Positions 62,026-64,000 of a stretch of 64,000 nt of DNA are shown here, piece by piece (the first letter of the stretch is position 1; every line of letters starts with the position of its first letter). The stretch lies in assembly GCF_958304185.2 (NCBI RefSeq), contig NZ_CAXXCI010000002.1:27221-91220 (forward strand). Reading direction: 5' to 3'. Under the pieces are notes generated by a model. It was given only the letters and a program-made list of their open reading frames with translations, was not told the DNA's origin and did no database searches. The stretch is from an uncultured Erythrobacter sp. (lineage in GTDB: Bacteria > Pseudomonadota > Alphaproteobacteria > Sphingomonadales > Sphingomonadaceae). The position numbers were made by a program, and so were the translations under genes.

Positions 62026-62647
62026 TGAACCGTGCCTCCAGCTTTTCGACAGCGGCCTTGGTCAGCACCAGAGTGTCGTGGTTGAGGATGTCATAGACGT
62101 TGGCGCCCATGGCCGGCATCACGTTGATGCCCGGCAGGTTACCGGCAGCCTTCTTGAAGCCTGCGTCAACCTGTTCGCCGTCGATCACCAGCACCTTGCC
62201 CGCAAAGCCGGCCTTGGCGAGGTGGCCCTTGAGGACCTTGGTCTTGGCTTCGGCGAGTGCCAGCGTGTCGACCACGATGAGACCGTCCTTGGCCTTGCTC
62301 GAAAGCGCCATCTTGAGGCCGAGCGCACGGATCTTCTTGTTGAGCGACTGCTCGAAGTCACGCTTGCGCGCGCCGTGGGCCTTACCGCCGCCGATGAAGA
62401 TCGGCGCTGCGCGGTCGCCGTGACGAGCGGTGCCGCCGCCCTTCTGCTTGCCGAACTTCTTGCCGGTGCGGGCCACGTCCGAACGCTCACGCGTCGGGCG
62501 GGCAGTGCCGCGGCGGTTCTCAAGCTGCCAGGTCACGACCCGGTGAAGGATGTCAGCGCGCGGCTCGATGCCGAACACGTCGTCCGAAAGCTCGATGTCG
62601 GCGCCCTTGACCGCAGTACCGTCGATGTTCTGAACCTTGATCTTCAT
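62018..62647 (-). CDS. rplD: 50S ribosomal protein L4
   Basis: [16 protein letters not shown]. Confidence 0.97.
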   Translation of the reverse strand: MKIKVQNIDGTAVKGADIELSDDVFGIEPRADILHRVVTWQLENRRGTARPTRERSDVARTGKKFGKQKGGGTARHGDRAAPIFIGGGKAHGARKRDFEQSLNKKIRALGLKMALSSKAKDGLIVVDTLALAEAKTKVLKGHLAKAGFAGKVLVIDGEQVDAGFKKAAGNLPGINVMPAMGANVYDILNHDTLVLTKAAVEKLEARFNG

Positions 62648-62650
62648 GGC

Positions 62651-63445
62651 TCAGCCTTCCTTGTTTTCTTCGGTGGCCGGAGCGTCGGTTTCGACGGCTT
62701 CGGTCACGACCACGTCTTCGGCGGCAGCTTCGACAACCGAGGGGGTCTCGTCAGCCAGCGGAGCGTGCTTCGAGAGCACAGCGCCGGGGAACGGAACGCC
62801 TTCGGGAAGCGGAAGCTTCACCGAGTCACGAACGAGCAGCCAGCCGTTCTTCGCGCCCGGGACCGAGCCCTTGACGAAGAGGAGACCGCGCTCGGCATCC
62901 GTGCGGACGATTTCGAGGTTCTGCTGGGTGCGCTGACGGTCGCCCATGTGGCCGGCCATCTTCTTGCCCTTGAACACGCGGCCCGGATCCTGACGGTTAC
63001 CCGTCGAACCGTGGGCACGGTGCGAGATCGACACACCGTGGGTGGCGCGCATACCGCCGAAGCCCCAACGCTTCATGGCGCCGGCAAAGCCCTTGCCCTG
63101 CGTGTGGCCGGTGATGTCGACCATCTGACCAGCGATGAAATGCTCGGCACTGATGGTCGAACCGACCGGCACGAGGCCATCGGCGTTTTCGACGCGGAAT
63201 TCAGCGACGCGCTTCTTCAGGCCGACATCGGCCTTGGCGAAATGTTCACGCTGCGGCTTGGCAACGTTCTTCTGCTTGGCTTCGCCTGCGCCGAGCTGGA
63301 CGGCAAAGTAGCCATCACGGTCTTCGGTGCGGTGCGAAACCACCTGGCAATCTTCCAGCGCGAGAACGGTCACAGGCACGTGCCGTCCGTCCTCCTGGAA
63401 GAGGCGGGTCATCCCGACTTTCTTTGCGATAACGCCGGTGCGCAT
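62651..63445 (-). CDS. rplC: 50S ribosomal protein L3 (acidic C-terminal extension)
   Basis: [29 protein letters not shown]. Confidence 0.97.
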   Translation of the reverse strand: MRTGVIAKKVGMTRLFQEDGRHVPVTVLALEDCQVVSHRTEDRDGYFAVQLGAGEAKQKNVAKPQREHFAKADVGLKKRVAEFRVENADGLVPVGSTISAEHFIAGQMVDITGHTQGKGFAGAMKRWGFGGMRATHGVSISHRAHGSTGNRQDPGRVFKGKKMAGHMGDRQRTQQNLEIVRTDAERGLLFVKGSVPGAKNGWLLVRDSVKLPLPEGVPFPGAVLSKHAPLADETPSVVEAAAEDVVVTEAVETDAPATEENKEG

Positions 63446-63615
63446 CGTCAGTTACTCCTCAACAGAGGCACCCTACGGACCATCCGCAAGGTGCATGGCA
63501 GGCCACAGCGTCAGACGCCGCAGCCCAGTTCAGCCCAAATTGTCATGCATCGCCCCGTCCGGGCTGAGTGCTCCTGCTGGCCGGGTGGCCGCTGGAGCGA
63601 GACGGGGGACGCAGC

Positions 63616-63704
63616 CCGGATGATTTTCATCCGGCGGTATCCACCCTATCGTCAGGTGAGGCGCATATGGCCTCAACGATAGAGGCCCCTGCCGAAACAG
63701 GGGC
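63616..63704 (-). other. three stable hairpins in the long rpsJ-rplC spacer
   Basis: ccggatga-ttt-tcatccgg (63616-63634). ctatcgt..acgatag, enclosing gaggc/gcctc (63646-63682). gcccctg-ccgaaa-caggggc (63685-63704). Confidence 0.5.
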
Positions 63705-63716
63705 ATTTCGGCTGGC

Positions 63717-64000
63717 TTAGGCCAGCTTGATCTCGACGTTTACGCCAGCTGCCAGATCGAGCTTCATCAGCGCGTCGACGGTCTGGGCGTTGGGCTGCAC
63801 GATATCGAGCAACCGCTTGTAGGTGCGAACTTCGAACTGCTCGCGCGACTTTTTGTCGACGTGCGGACCGCGGTTCACGGTAAACTTCTCGATACGCGTC
63901 GGCAGGGGAATGGGGCCACGAATAAGAGCGCCAGTGCGGCGGGCCGTATCGGCGATCTCACCAGTTGCCTGGTCGAGAACGCGGTGATCAAACGCCTTGA
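63717..64000 (-). CDS. rpsJ: 30S ribosomal protein S10 (5' end beyond the window)
   Basis: Hand translation of the minus strand gives ..[96 protein letters not shown], with stop at 63717-63719. Confidence 0.93.
   Translation of the reverse strand, partial: KAFDHRVLDQATGEIADTARRTGALIRGPIPLPTRIEKFTVNRGPHVDKKSREQFEVRTYKRLLDIVQPNAQTVDALMKLDLAAGVNVEIKLA

Noticed and set aside
62078-63682. 534-aa plus-strand ORF
   Set aside because: It is antisense to rplD and rplC, a shadow ORF. The same applies to 23626..25086 and 52486..53796, which lie opposite uvrA and secY.

Overview
High-GC alphaproteobacterial chromosome segment. Gene order and the REP-like hairpin repeat families suggest Sphingomonadales or Erythrobacteraceae, but that is inference only. 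I support about 70 protein genes and recognised no tRNA, rRNA or CRISPR array. The left third is housekeeping: smpB, dapA, slt-like, greB, rlmN, argG, rlpA and others. The middle holds uvrA with an alpha-type SOS box, a btuFCD-like ABC importer, and an mdh-sucD-sucA-sucB-lpdA block in which sucC is absent. The right end carries the minus-strand S10-spc-alpha ribosomal superoperon, from rpsJ (cut by the window end) to rplQ. The stand-out is a roughly 4-kb accessory patch (19.7-23.7 kb) between a Na+/solute symporter and uvrA. It contains a phage-like HTH gene with an acidic tail, a 35-bp-period tandem repeat array and a small ORF. It also contains an abruptly AT-rich block with one orphan 558-aa P-loop NTPase (long Walker A to Walker B insert, DDLDR-type Walker B, KAP/STAND-like). 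I see no recognisable effector domain or partner gene, so this NTPase is my best candidate for an undescribed single-gene defence or abortive-infection module. The patch ends in a pile-up of REP/MITE-like hairpin repeats. Other notable points: a double-hairpin REP element read in frame inside uvrA, with a sister copy inside the spc operon; a ~960-bp ORF-poor, stem-loop-rich gap between argG and rlpA; structured spacers and a foreign gene inside the ribosomal superoperon; and tandem RD-rich paralogues. All functional calls come from reading the translated ORFs by eye. No database search was run.
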